Source: Lingula anatina (lineage: Eukaryota > Animalia > Brachiopoda). Taken from it: a stretch of 64,000 bases of DNA. The notes beneath the pieces are model-generated. The model did not search any database, was not told the DNA's origin, and saw only the letters and a program-made list of their open reading frames with translations. The translations under genes and the position numbers were made by a program. Positions 50,655-62,923 of this stretch are shown piece after piece. The stretch lies in assembly GCA_051362555.1 (NCBI GenBank), contig CM120642.1, positions 7,316,001-7,380,000 of the forward strand, read 5' to 3'. Each line of letters starts with the position of its first letter. The stretch's first letter is position 1.

Positions 50655-52783
50655 TTATATGTTATATCTGTACTATGTAACACTGCTGCATAAAGTGATA
50701 TAAACATACATAACAACGATAATATGCATACACATACACTAAACATGCATAAATGTATAATTACAACATAGTAAAATTTACATACATGCGGCCTGTATTG
50801 ATTATGCCAGTGAGATCAACCGAGTATCCTAGATGGTCCGGTCAATCTCTGCCCCAGTGTTTAAGAAACAAGATGAAGGCTGACTTAATGCCCATTGATT
50901 TTTGTATCAAGGGTTTTCATCTTCAGTGGCCGACTCTTAAGTGTGTGCAGTGTTTTGTGATCAATGATAGGATAGCAGAGGTTTTCTCTTAATGAGGTTC
51001 CAGGAATGAAATCAGAGGCTGAAGTGATGAAGTTCAACAGAGTTAAGAGTTTGACTTTTTTTGACTTAAAAAAGAAAAAAACAGACAAGCAAACAAACAA
51101 AAACAGATGTTTTTGCAGGTGGGAAGCCCTCTTTAAGGAAAGGAAACAAAAACAAAATGTGCAATCTTTTAAGATACTGGTATAAAAATACATTTTACTA
51201 TTTATTAACTAAAACCTGATATTATTAGAATTGGAGAAATGGACAATTTTTTCATGAGTTAACATACATTAAAAAAAAAGATTAATTGATAAAAACAACA
51301 TTTTAAGTGGCCAAACACATATGCTTTCATAGAAATGATTATAAACAATTTCTGAAATGAACTATACATCAGTGATATGAACTGCAGTCAAGTGGTCAGA
51401 AATAATTATTGAATGGATTTTTTTCTCTCTTAGACGTGTCGTACTTGGGGGAATATTTCAATATTTGATTTTGAAAATGACAGCAGATGGTTGTTTTAAG
51501 ACTCAGAGATTAAAATCATTGTTCGCTCATTATATTTCCAAACTGATACTTGTTTATGATAATGTAGAAAAATGAGACAAAGGGAGGCATCCTCATGTTT
51601 ATCTCCATCTTGGAACATTTGATCCTATTTTTCTGCTTATCAGTGTTGTCATCTTATGCGAACAACATCCATAATGCATGCGTAGCACCCAATGTCTCAA
51701 TTGCAGTCAGTTGAAAGTTGAGACTTGACTGCTGGCTTTGGGTTCATTGCCCTTTTTTGTCATTTTGAAACACGAGAGTGTGAGAAACTGGAAATATCTA
51801 GGCCAGAATAGGTGAAAAAATTAGGAATAATTTAAAAAAAAGTGCAACCAAACACACACAAAGTTTAAACTTGAGTCAAACTCTGCGTAAGTTCAGAGGC
51901 GATAAGAGGACAAAAACGATAGGAGATTTAAAAATGAAAAAAGCTACATCATAAAGTTAAACAAGTCTAATCCAGTGAATTGAAGATTTTTTTTTTTTTT
52001 TTGATGATTCGAAGACAAAAATTTTTTTATTTGAAAATGTTGTCTCATAGAGGTAATTTTTACACTCAGTGCCCTTTAATAAAGGACGTTCAGGGTTAAT
52101 CTCTCTTTATTATGCTCCTGTGCCTGGAGAAGGATATTAATGATAAGACTAGGGATGGAAGATAAATCGGAAGTTCCATTTTCCCTGAGAGAGGTGCATT
52201 GGGGATGACCTTTTGTAGCTAATTAAGGTGTTATCTAACAGTACCACTTTCATCCTGTAGATATGGAAATTCTAAAGATAGCAGTATAAAATCTGCATTG
52301 AACTGTGCGAATTTGATGGCATGTGTTTCGATGGGATAAGACCTGTCTTGTCTGGCAATTGAATAGATAGAAAAGCAATAAAGTTCAAATAAAACCTATA
52401 ATACTCTAATAAAATGACTGGCTTAATGAATTTGCAAATCTTGGCAATCTTCCAAAAGCAGTCCTGTTTAATTTCATCCAGATATAGCACTGGAATTCAC
52501 AGTTTAATTAGTTGTCTGTTTGTAAGAGAACACATTTTAAACAGAGTTAATTGTTAATTGCAAAACAAAATACTGTGATCGAGTAGTTTGCAATATTTTT
52601 CAACAATTTGGGAGTGATTTTGCTTGGCCAGCTGGTAAAAACTGTAGACGCCATAGTGGGCTCACTCTTAGGAAGAAAATCTGCAAATAGCTGCACAATT
52701 TATTGTCAAACTAAGTATTGAACAAGATCAAAGACAAAGACAGAAAGACATTTTACACTTTATTTTATCCAAGCCAAATAGGG

Positions 52784-52819
<36 letters not shown>

Positions 52820-52836
52820 GTTATTATTATTATTAT
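52784..52836. repeat. (ATT)n microsatellite
   Basis: Directly visible. Confidence 0.92.
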
Positions 52837-53162
52837 GCTAATTTTAGCCCATGGACTCTGATTTGCACAAGCTCAAATATGTAGACAACTGCCAAGATGT
52901 AATTTAGATATATATATCCACCAGGCGACAAGGTGTACCTGATTAACATGATTGTGAAGCATGCATAGATGTCACATACGCCTTGGTGGTGGGGGCTACA
53001 TCTCACTCGTACCGTGACCAAGTAGAGAATTAGAAAAAAAAAAACAGACCCAAATATGGCGGAATTTACATTTATATGCGACATGTATGTTTGTTAATGC
53101 ACAGTGTTTGAGTCTTGTGCTCTCATTGTCCACAATAGTGTAATTTTTGATAAGTTTGTTGG

Positions 53163-53197
<35 letters not shown>

Positions 53198-53198
53198 A

Positions 53199-53512
53199 CC
53201 CGCACGAAAATGCAGCAGTATCGAAGTAGCAAAAAAGCATTAACGCAGAAGTGGTGTGGAGCATATTTGCAGTAGAAATGCAGCATATCCTACTGCAATT
53301 CTACTCTAAAAAGTACATAGGTTTGTACAGAGAGGAGCAATAATGTAGTAGATTAGCAGCATGATAGCAGCATGTCTCAAATATGCTAATTAGCTCCCAA
53401 ATCGAAGCAGATTTGAAGCATGTTTGCAGTATGATTGTAGTAGTCTACTGCGGTTTGCAGTATGATTGCAGTAGTCTACTGCGCTGTAGTATCTACTGCA
53501 TTGTCTTGCGGG
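53199..53512. mobile_element. Probable non-autonomous CCC-terminated (CMC/EnSpm-like) element inserted in a microsatellite
   Basis: Imperfect TIR CCCGCACGAAAATGCAG / CTGCATTGTCTTGCGGG with subterminal GCAGTAG/CTACTGC repeats. Flanked by (GT)nGAGA on the left and poly-G(AG)n on the right. Confidence 0.5.
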
Positions 53513-55658
53513 GGGGGGGGGGGGGGGGGGGGGGGAGAGAGAGAGAGAGGATATATAAATAGACTTGTGGATGTGATATTTTATGTTTTTTGTAGTACAC
53601 AATTACTTCCAATTTATTCAATTTCTCATCAAGACTTTAATTATAATTAGAATATTGTATTTTGATTTAATAACAGCTTCAAATAATGTGCTTAAAAACA
53701 TGCTGGTCCCAATAATACCAAGAGAGTTGGGTTGTAATTACATACATTTCATTTCTGAAGGATAATATATTAACTTGGGGTATGTTTTTAATTACACTTT
53801 CAATGCGCTGATGAATTGTGATTAGATTTGTTGGATAATTTGCCAGAATAGGGAGAGTGCTAGAGGGACTCGGCGATGAAGAATTAGCAGGGAGCATTTT
53901 GTTTTGCTGATTTTGTCTACCCTGAAAAAGAGTCGTGCCGATGTTATTGATAAGCTTTACCTGAATTGCATTTTTAAATGTCACTAAACAAAGAAATACC
54001 CGGATAAGAAAAAATTGTAAGGATAGGTCTGCAAAGTTGAAGTGCTCACCATTTTAAACAAATGTGTCACCTGGACCATGTTAAATGAGATGCTTTAGTT
54101 AATGAATGTGAAAGCTAGCTTCTGTCTGAAATCAAGAATCCTTATTGCCATAAGACATTGGAAGCTTTACAGGTGCAGATGTTTAAATATTGGGAAAGGA
54201 AACCTTAATTCTAGTTTATCCATCAGTTTTTGTGTGAATTAGACTGAATAATTGCGAAAAGTGTGTCAGGTAAAAAGTATGGCATTGCATTTATAATTAA
54301 AGTAAAAATAACAGCGCATCATTCTGTCACTTGTGTCCAAATTTAAAAAAAATACAAGGAAGGAATAGTTCATATTTGATTTTTTAAAACTGTACATTTA
54401 TGTTAGGGATTGGCAAAATGCAATATTGAAGTGATTATCTTTTGCCTGCTGTACTTTTTTGGTTATTTTTATCGTTCATTCATTAGGAAGGCTGTCAAAG
54501 AGATTCTTGAGGTAAGCAGATGAGTAAAGCTGTCGGTCGTATGACTTATCCATTCTTAAGATAGCCAGTTTAAAGGGCTTAATTGGATGTTTCATCTTAA
54601 TTAGTCCATCAGATTTAAAACTCTAAATCAATTTGTGGGGTTGTTCTTAAAAAAACATTTTCATTTATAAGGAAGTCTTATTTATTTCTCCATTTCTCAT
54701 TCTCTATAATGAGATTTGATGTTTTGGATAGCGGTAGGGGATCATGTAATAAGATTCAACAATATAATTTATTTCCATCAGAAGTCATATTTTACTTTCC
54801 TGTACTTGATTTATGGTCATTAGTCAAACCTTTTCCAATCATTGAGGAAAAATATATTTTCCCATAAGTACAGAAGAACTTTGAAGTAGACAGACCATTA
54901 GAAAAAAACGAGCCAAAAAATTTGTTGCCTTACTTTTGGGGTTTGAATTTCCATATTTGGGGGCTTTGTCTCCCTAACTCCCATATCTTATTTGATTCAC
55001 TGCCCTGTGGCGTTTCAGAGCACTTGTGGTAACTTGCCTCTTCCCAGCAAGCAATTTCCATTACCATGGAAATAGCACAGTCATCCTGTTAGGTAAATAT
55101 GAGCTTTAATTAGACATCAGACCCCCAGAAACTCAGGGTAAATGTGATGAAAAAAAAAAATTAAATCCATAAATGCATATTAGTACTCAATCAAATTCAA
55201 TGTAAGTAGGCTGAAAACATATCACTTTGTAAAACTTAAATAAAATTGAAAAAGGTATTTCAATGAAATGGGTTGAAACCTTTTGATAAAGCCAGTTTTG
55301 CATGGAGTGGTGCAGGATTCTGGAAAATCTTATGTGTGGAATATCATGAAAGTAGGATTTTCAGATTTATTGATAATGATTTCTCAATAATTGGCAGCTT
55401 AAAGGTAATTAGTGCAGCGTGAAAGCCTTTCAGAATGACCACAGTATGTACTAGTATCTACTTCCAATTAGTATAGGTATCAACATTTTAAATAAGATTG
55501 ATGGGGTTATGAACTTATTAACGTCATTAATTAAGTCATTAAAGACATTGTGACATGTTTTCACCCGCCCTTTTTTTACCCCGTGATGAACAGACACAAA
55601 CAATACTTGTCGCTAGTTGGGTCCCTCTTCACTTTCAGTACAGACTGTACCTTAAAAA

Positions 55659-55832
55659 AATGAAGTAATTTTTTAAAGTAAACATCTTAATATTGAAATG
55701 GTGTTTACCTCCAATATTTCGATGTCTAGCAGGACATTTTCATCAGGGAATGAGGCTATTTCAATATTAAGCTGTTGACTGAAGAAAAATTACTTCATTC
55801 TTATAACATAACACAGCTGATGAAATTCTTCT
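55659..55832. mobile_element. Penelope-like element terminal-repeat fragment
   Basis: ~40-bp imperfect inverted repeat (AATGAAGTAATTTTT..TTAATATTGAAAT / ATTTCAATATTAA..AAAAATTACTTCATT) enclosing a minimal hammerhead, an association typical of PLE pLTRs. Confidence 0.55.
55709..55750 (-). ncRNA. Minimal type I hammerhead ribozyme motif (Penelope-like element type), probably partly decayed
   Basis: Minus strand TTCC-CTGATGA-A-AATGTC-CTGCTA-GACATC-GAAA-TA-TT-GGAG: core boxes CUGAUGA and GAAA, stem II ATGTC/GACAT, palindromic ATAT mini-stem III, stem I TTCC/GGAG. Confidence 0.7.
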
Positions 55833-56118
55833 CTGAGACTATAACTTGTTTATGATCTTGGATCAGTATATACATGTACCTTTGCCACTGAGTAGGTGCT
55901 CCTCATTGTATAGTTTCAGGTACATTAATGGGAGATAGGTATGCAAATCTTAGAGTACTGTTGGAATAACAAGCCTGGGATATCAATTCAAGATGAAGGA
56001 ACTGGCTGCAATCAATACTATGTCTGATACATTAATTATCACTGATGGTCTAAGCTTCATTGCCTCTCTGGGATGATAAATAGCTCTGCTGGGGAGACCT
56101 TCCAACCATTTTCTATGA

Positions 56119-56158
<40 letters not shown>

Positions 56159-57069
56159 GTATCTGTATCCAGTTATTCACAAATAACAGAGACCCATTTG
56201 CCTGCCTGCCCACAAGCCTACAATTTTCTTGACATAGGAATGTTTAAATATTGGAAAAGGAGACCTTATTTCCAGTAAACATAATGAAAGAAGGGCTTCA
56301 CTTTTTCTGTTTCACTTGGAACATCTGGACAAATGACTTACATATATGCTTTGTTTGCTACATACTTGCCTTGTTGGGGGTATGGCCAATGTGTGGGTAT
56401 GGAAATATGAAGAATAGTTTTATTTGTTTCGCCAGTGAGAATGTAAACTTTGCAGTGTACTCTAATGCTAATATTCTATAAAACAGTATTTTTCAAAATC
56501 AGTTGTATGTGGTTCTTGTGCCATTGGGTCATTCAGAAAAAAGATGGTCATATTTGATATGAAATAAATCTGATTTCTCCTGTGTTCTGATGTCACCCAA
56601 ATGCACTATTTATTATTTTTATTTTTTACAAAATTTCCTTTGGGGTAGGACCCCTTACCCACCAAACACTGCATGTGTCTGTCTTTGTGAGAGTTTTTGT
56701 AGGCATGCCTTTGTCAAATTGCGTGTTTGCCTGTGAACGTTCATGTTAAAATGTGTGTGTGTGCATGGATGCATGAAAGAGAGAGAGAGAAAAAGAGTGA
56801 GAGTTATGGAGAGAAAGATAGAGAGAGAAGGATTATGCTATTTCCTGTCTATACTGTACATGAAAACCACATTTCCAAGATCCTGCACCCTGCTGATCAT
56901 AACTGCTTTCCACTTAGTAGCAGTGTGTGTATGCTATATTTTTAGAATGTCTGTATAGTAAAAAAGACAGTGGGTGTGTTAATCTATAAATATAGTGTAA
57001 CCAAATACATGTAGTAGACTGTTAGGATATGTTCACAATGAATCTATCGTATTATTGACTGCACACTAA

Positions 57070-57278
57070 GACCCCATTCCCATAGATATTTAGATCGATC
57101 TATCCTCCCTGGGGAGTCTCACTAGATTGGTGTCAGCTTAACAGGCTTAAATGTCTGTCCCGCCTACTAAAAGCTGTAAGGGGGTAATTAACTATGGTGT
57201 GCGCTCGGCAGACTGCAATTTAGCGTGAACTCTCAGGGAGTTAGGTCGATCTAAATCTAAATCTCTGGGAATGCACTC
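57070..57278 (-). mobile_element. PIF/Harbinger MITE, family A (intronic)
   Basis: Reverse-complement match to 22035-22260; TAA/TTA flanks. Confidence 0.85.
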
Positions 57279-58377
57279 TTACTCTATGGGGACTATCACT
57301 GAATACAATCAGATTAACATAGTACCCCGTCTCCCTTAAGCTTGTTTCCAATGTACTCATATAATCAACAATTTTTCTGTATTCTACTCAGTGCCAGGAA
57401 AAAACGTGTTTTATTGTTAATCTGATTGCATTCAGCAAGAGTCCTGTTGTAGCTTGTATGATAGTGTAGGTTGTATGTGAATGAATCCTTAATCTATAGA
57501 GAGCACACTACTTACTTGGTCCTCCACTTAATATGTGATTACGAGTATAAATATTGAGAGAGAAAACTGATTTCTGTTCCTTCTCAATACTTGACTTTTG
57601 TCTTTACTAATATCTGTCTAGTATGTGCTAAAAATGGCTAATATGCTGCAGTTGAAATACCTTTGTGTCTGTGTTTGTGTGTGTGTGTATGTGTGTGTTT
57701 ATTGGATCAGACAGGAGTTCTGCATACATTATCATGTTGGTCTTGTGTCATTTACAAATTGGTTTTTAACAATGCAAAGCCCTGTGTTATGTATCACTGT
57801 CTTAGTCTTTCTTTCAGATCATTTGATTTTTCTTGGTAAAATTATGTTATTGAAGTAACAGCAGCCTTTTGGTCTCCCATTTCAGCAAAATCAATACTAC
57901 TAAGAAATATTTTTTGTGTCCTTACAAGTGCTGAATGAGAAAAAGCCAATTATGCTTTATTAATGAAAATGGCTCTTATTCAGTCATTTTTCTATTTGAA
58001 ATACAAAAATCAATCTTTTTTATAATTAAATTGGAAGACTCTTTCTTCTAAATATTATCATGTGTGATAACCTTGAACTCTTAAAAGCTATAGCTCTTTA
58101 CAGTAGGTCTCCAAGTTGATGGCAATATGGATCACTTGACAGAAGTCAAATTTTAGCTGAGATACAACACTTACAATATAGCACTGTATAATCAACCTCT
58201 AAAAACTGGCCGTATTGAAAGTCAAGATTCATGGGGAAGAAGTAATAGCATCCCAGAAAGTGACCTTTTTTGTCACTGAAGTGCATCTGAAGATGCGCTT
58301 CACTTGTGACTTGTGACATCTAAGCTTTGTACTCGTTATTTTAGAAAATTGATTAAGGTTTGCTTATCATAGGGATC

Positions 58378-58525
58378 CAGTCTAATCTCCCTATTGTCCC
58401 ACCCACTGATGTTAAACTAATTTCTCTTATTATGATAAGCTGACTGTAGAAGCCAATCTAATCTCCATGTTGTCCCACCCATTGCCACCATGATGTTAAA
58501 CTAATTTGTCTTATTATGATAAGCT
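58378..58525. repeat. Local imperfect direct duplication (~70 bp x2)
   Basis: TCTAATCTCC..TTGTCCCACCCA..TGATGTTAAACTAATTT.TCTTATTATGATAAGCT occurs twice. Confidence 0.85.
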
Positions 58526-59099
58526 CCTCATAAGCTCACCACTATTTAATAAAGGTAAGTGTGTTTTTTGATTGGATCTCTATGTTGAGAAACCAATTTC
58601 CCTCAGTTTGCTAAGATATTTCTCACAAAATAAGGCTGCCATAGCCTGATAGAAAGGGCGACCTTACTCATGAAGTCATGAGGCTGTTATAGCATTTTCC
58701 TCACAGGTATTTTTCCAGTTGCATTAGATTATTCCTACATCCCAATTTAATAGGGGTTAACATTACTTATGGTGTCAGGGGATTGAACTCCAAAGCTTGG
58801 GGAATCTGGAATTTAGGAGATAAAATACAATAACGGAACCTATAATACTTGGGTTAAAAAGGTGGGATGTCATCATGTATTTGTGTTTGACAATCTGAAG
58901 AGAAGATATTCATCTTGCTTTTAAAGTGAACTGAAAGGGATAATGGGGTACCTCGTTTGCTGGGGTTTTTTTTGCATAGTTCAAGGGAGACTTGACAAAA
59001 AAGAAAAAAGTTTTCACTCTCTTTTTCCTCTTTTACCTGTGTACTAGTACCTAACTATCCACAGGCTCATATTTTGTCCCAACTGTCCATGGGTTCTTA

Positions 59100-59575
59100 C
59101 CCACGTACCCCCTCTCACCTACACACTCAACCATTTGCTTTCACCCATCATCTCACCCATGTGGTCAACCACCCAAATAACCAACCTCCCATGTGCTTTC
59201 AACCATCTATACCAGATGTTAACCCGATCAACCACCCAAATACCGAACCTCCTATATGCTTTCACCCGTCTACCCACTGTCAACCAGATGAACCATCCAA
59301 ATACCCAACCACCCATTTGCTTTCATCCAGCTACCCACCCTTACCCACATGGTCAACCACCCATATACTAGTACCCAACCACCTATTTGCTTTCATCCAG
59401 CTACCCACCCTTACCCACATTTTCAACCACCCATATATCTAACCTCCCATATGCTTTCACCCATCTACCCACCCTTACCCACATGGTCAACCACCCATAT
59501 ATCTAACCTCCCATATGCTTTCACCCAGCTACCCACCCTTACCCACATGGTCAACCACCATGTACTTTCATCCAT
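59100..59575. repeat. C-rich minisatellite, ~58-70 bp unit, ~7 copies
   Basis: TGCTTTCA anchor at ~59136, 59194, 59257, 59318, 59388, 59452 and 59516; explains the Pro/His-rich ORFs. Confidence 0.9.
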
Positions 59576-61210
59576 CCATGCAATCATTCACTATGATCCC
59601 TTACTAAATTCAACAAGTCTACTTTTTATATGTGTTTAAAAATCCACCATACATATATATATAAATAAATATTTTAACTGTAGTTCAAACAGTGTGACAG
59701 ACCTGAAGTGTAACAGTATAAACATTGTACCAGCAAATTAACAGTGGTTTCTCTGAAAAATTGATTACATTGCTTCAAGTATTTTTGAGAAGGAACTAAA
59801 TATGTGACACCCATATTACAGTACTGTTAAGTTTATTGAAGTTTATACACCAGAGGCTTCCAGTGACAGTGTACATTATGAACATGAAAGTGTTCATTAT
59901 ACAAAAATGATTAACACCGAGTAACATTATATCTATAAGCCCTCTGTGGCAGTGGAAGTAATTGACTATTAATTTTGGTTTATGTTGAATGCAGCACAGC
60001 TTTTCATTTTCAGGGCTTGGAAACTTAACAATTGCAAATATTGGTAATTTCTCTGTGTGTCTCAAATGAGAATGAATATGTCAGCCTCACTTTCAACCTG
60101 GTTTATAATGCTCCTTCCCATGTAGTGATTACTACTGAAAAAGAGGCCATTCATTTTCAAAGATTTGGAACACAATAATGTTTCATTGCATTGGAAAATG
60201 GAGATGGCCCTAAAAGGATTTTTTAATGCAAGAAAAAAATTTGCTTTGATAAGTAAGAAAGATGGCGCAGGGAGGGGGTTGCACGATTTTATTCAGAGCT
60301 AAAAGGGGCCTTAATTAGAAGCTTGAACCCTGTCTTAATGCCACTGAGCCATTTTTTCTCTTTTTTTGTAACCCGAAATCGTGTCTGGATCTGGTGTAGT
60401 GTTGCAGGAGTACCTTTCAACTAAAATGATGAGCACATATTGTCAAGATTTCAACAGAGTTTTGTTGGTTTCTTGATAAATCAGGCGCCCCCCCCCCCCC
60501 CCTCCCCTCCACACTTTATCTAATCACTAACAGATATGTGGAAAGTTTTGGGACAAGTTTAGCCCAATAGATTAATGTAGCCACTGAAGAAAACTTAAGA
60601 CACAGGGTTACATTTACAGCATAATTCTGGGTGGCTCTTTGAGGATGTTATTTCAAGGGTGTGGGGTTTTCTCGTACTTGAAGATGTCTGCATACAGCAC
60701 ATGACCTTTAGAAGGCAATCCAATGAAACATACAGAAAATTGCAACAGTCTATGAAAACATGAAAAGGTCTTAGCCTCATAATGTTGCTGATTGAGCTCA
60801 TAATATGATGTTTTTTCTTGATATTTGTCATGCCAAGGCTCATGTATCCCCCTATATGCAGTAAACTTATTATTTACTGGCAATTGTCTTTTTGGCTGAA
60901 GAACAAGAGAAAGTTCAGTTTCTTTTCAACTCGAACAGTTATTAGTCCATGCTAAAAACACTGGCATTGAAATATTTATGCAAGTGAATGAAGGAGAAAC
61001 TAGAGTACCAACCACTGCCAAGGGAGAAAAATAATACAAAAATCAATATAAAAAACAATAGGTAACCCATGTTAAATTTAAATCATAATAACTTCTTTTC
61101 CTTTTGATTGTCTGTCTATCCTGAACATGTCATCACAACCAGTGAAGAATCTTGTCCAATAACAACACAGTAGTAAAGAAAACATCACCTCAATCATTGG
61201 TAGATATTAA

Positions 61211-61462
61211 GGCTTCGTTCACATGCAATGTCTATTTTCTATTTTCTATTTTCGGTATGTCTTATGATCACGGTCTGTGCACTGAATATCCCGCCGCGTA
61301 ATTACTGGCAGCGCGAGCCAGTTACTTATAGTAACTTATAGTAACTGGCTCGCGCTGCCAGTAATTACGCCGCGGGATATTCAGTGCACAGACCGTGATC
61401 ATAAGACATACCGAAAATAGAAAATAGAAAATAGAAAATAGACATTGCATGTGAACGAAGCC
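61211..61462. mobile_element. Fully palindromic PIF/Harbinger-type MITE (252 bp)
   Basis: TAA/TAA TSD, TIR starting GGCTTCGTTCACA, and ~115-bp arms that are near-perfect reverse complements. Confidence 0.9.
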
Positions 61463-61691
61463 TAAGATGTAGAAGTCCTGTGGCAGGATTGGAAATAAAG
61501 CAATAGTGTCGATAAGAGTTTAAAAGTTGTTGCTTTTTATGTTTAATATCAAACTTTGTATCAATCCTTGCAAAACATTGCCATCTCTGAAGGCTCATTC
61601 ATGTAAGCCCTTTATAGTAACAAAGAAATATTCTGACTTTTAATCTCTCCCCCCCCCCCCCCCCCTCCACCTCCAGTTGCAGTTACAATAT

Positions 61692-62238
61692 CAGGCCTAC
61701 CCAACTACCAGACTCGGCACCTAAGGATCCTGAATTAACCGGTATATCGGACCACACTACCCGTTTTCAAGGTGTGTGTCAGATCGCATTTCAGAGTATC
61801 AGCCAGAACACCGACAGGATGAGCCCACGCTCGGCTGTCACCTTGATTGGATAGTGAACGATTGTCATAAAATCGCTATATGATTTTAAAACCGGGTGCA
61901 TGAATTTGAAAGCCACCTAGATGAACCTTAGACTGCCACATTAATCTAATACAATGCAAAAAAGCCCTATCAAAAGTGGTTAAAACATTCAAACCAAATG
62001 TCGTAAAGTCCCCATATACCCCCATAGAGACAATAAAATAGAGTACTCTAAAGTAAGAGTACAGTTTCAGGTTGTTCAGTCGAGCGTGGATGAGCCCGCA
62101 GTCGTGCTACAAAATTTGTTCTGGGGTATGATACTCCGAAATGCGAACTGACACACACTTTGAAAACGGGTAGTGTGGTCCGATATACCGGTTAATTCAG
62201 GATCCTTATGTGCCGAGTCTGGTAGTTGGTTAGGCCTG
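61692..62238. mobile_element. Non-autonomous DNA transposon with long (~110 bp) TIRs and 5-bp TSD; superfamily unresolved
   Basis: CAGGCCTACCCAACTACCAGACTCGGCAC... / ...GTGCCGAGTCTGGTAGTTGGTTAGGCCTG with AATAT duplicated at 61687-61691 and 62239-62243. Confidence 0.88.
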
Positions 62239-62483
62239 AATATGGTGCTTGAAAAGTCAAGAGTTTTGTTTTGCTGACTGGAATTTCCACAAGTGTCCAG
62301 TTAAGATAACTCAAAGCACAGGACAGTGGATACAACTTATTAATTTTGCTCTAGCAGAATAATTTTCGTTTGTTTTGAATGTAAAAAAAATGCTCTCATG
62401 TTGTTATTATGGTAGTGCAGTCCATAAATGTTGTCAAAATCTTGGTTTTCTTTTGTGTGATGGAATGAATGTGTGTCACTGTG

Positions 62484-62520
<37 letters not shown>

Positions 62521-62787
62521 GGGAGGAGAAGAAGGAGGTTTAAAAGAAAGAGGGGAAAGGGTACATTTTCTAGGAATATTATAATCAGAAACCTTCCATT
62601 TGCATTCATGAGATGATGGCGTGACATATCCAATCAGCCCAATGTACTCTTTCTTAGTAATTAGAAAGGACTGCGAGTATAAGGATGAATCTCATTTATG
62701 AGAGGGCTTAGGTGCCTTGACACCTAATTTAGCAAGAAAGAAAAAAATTGCTGTCTTTTGCAAGACATTAGATTATCAGTAATTGAG

Positions 62788-62868
62788 TTGTGTGTGTACA
62801 CGTGCCTATGTGTGTGGTGTGCGTGTGTGTGTATGGGTGCCTGTACATGTGTTTGTGGTGTGTGCGTG

Positions 62869-62918
<50 letters not shown>
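62788..62918. repeat. (GT)n microsatellite with degenerate 5' part
   Basis: Directly visible; explains the CV-repeat ORFs. Confidence 0.92.
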
Positions 62919-62923
<5 letters not shown>

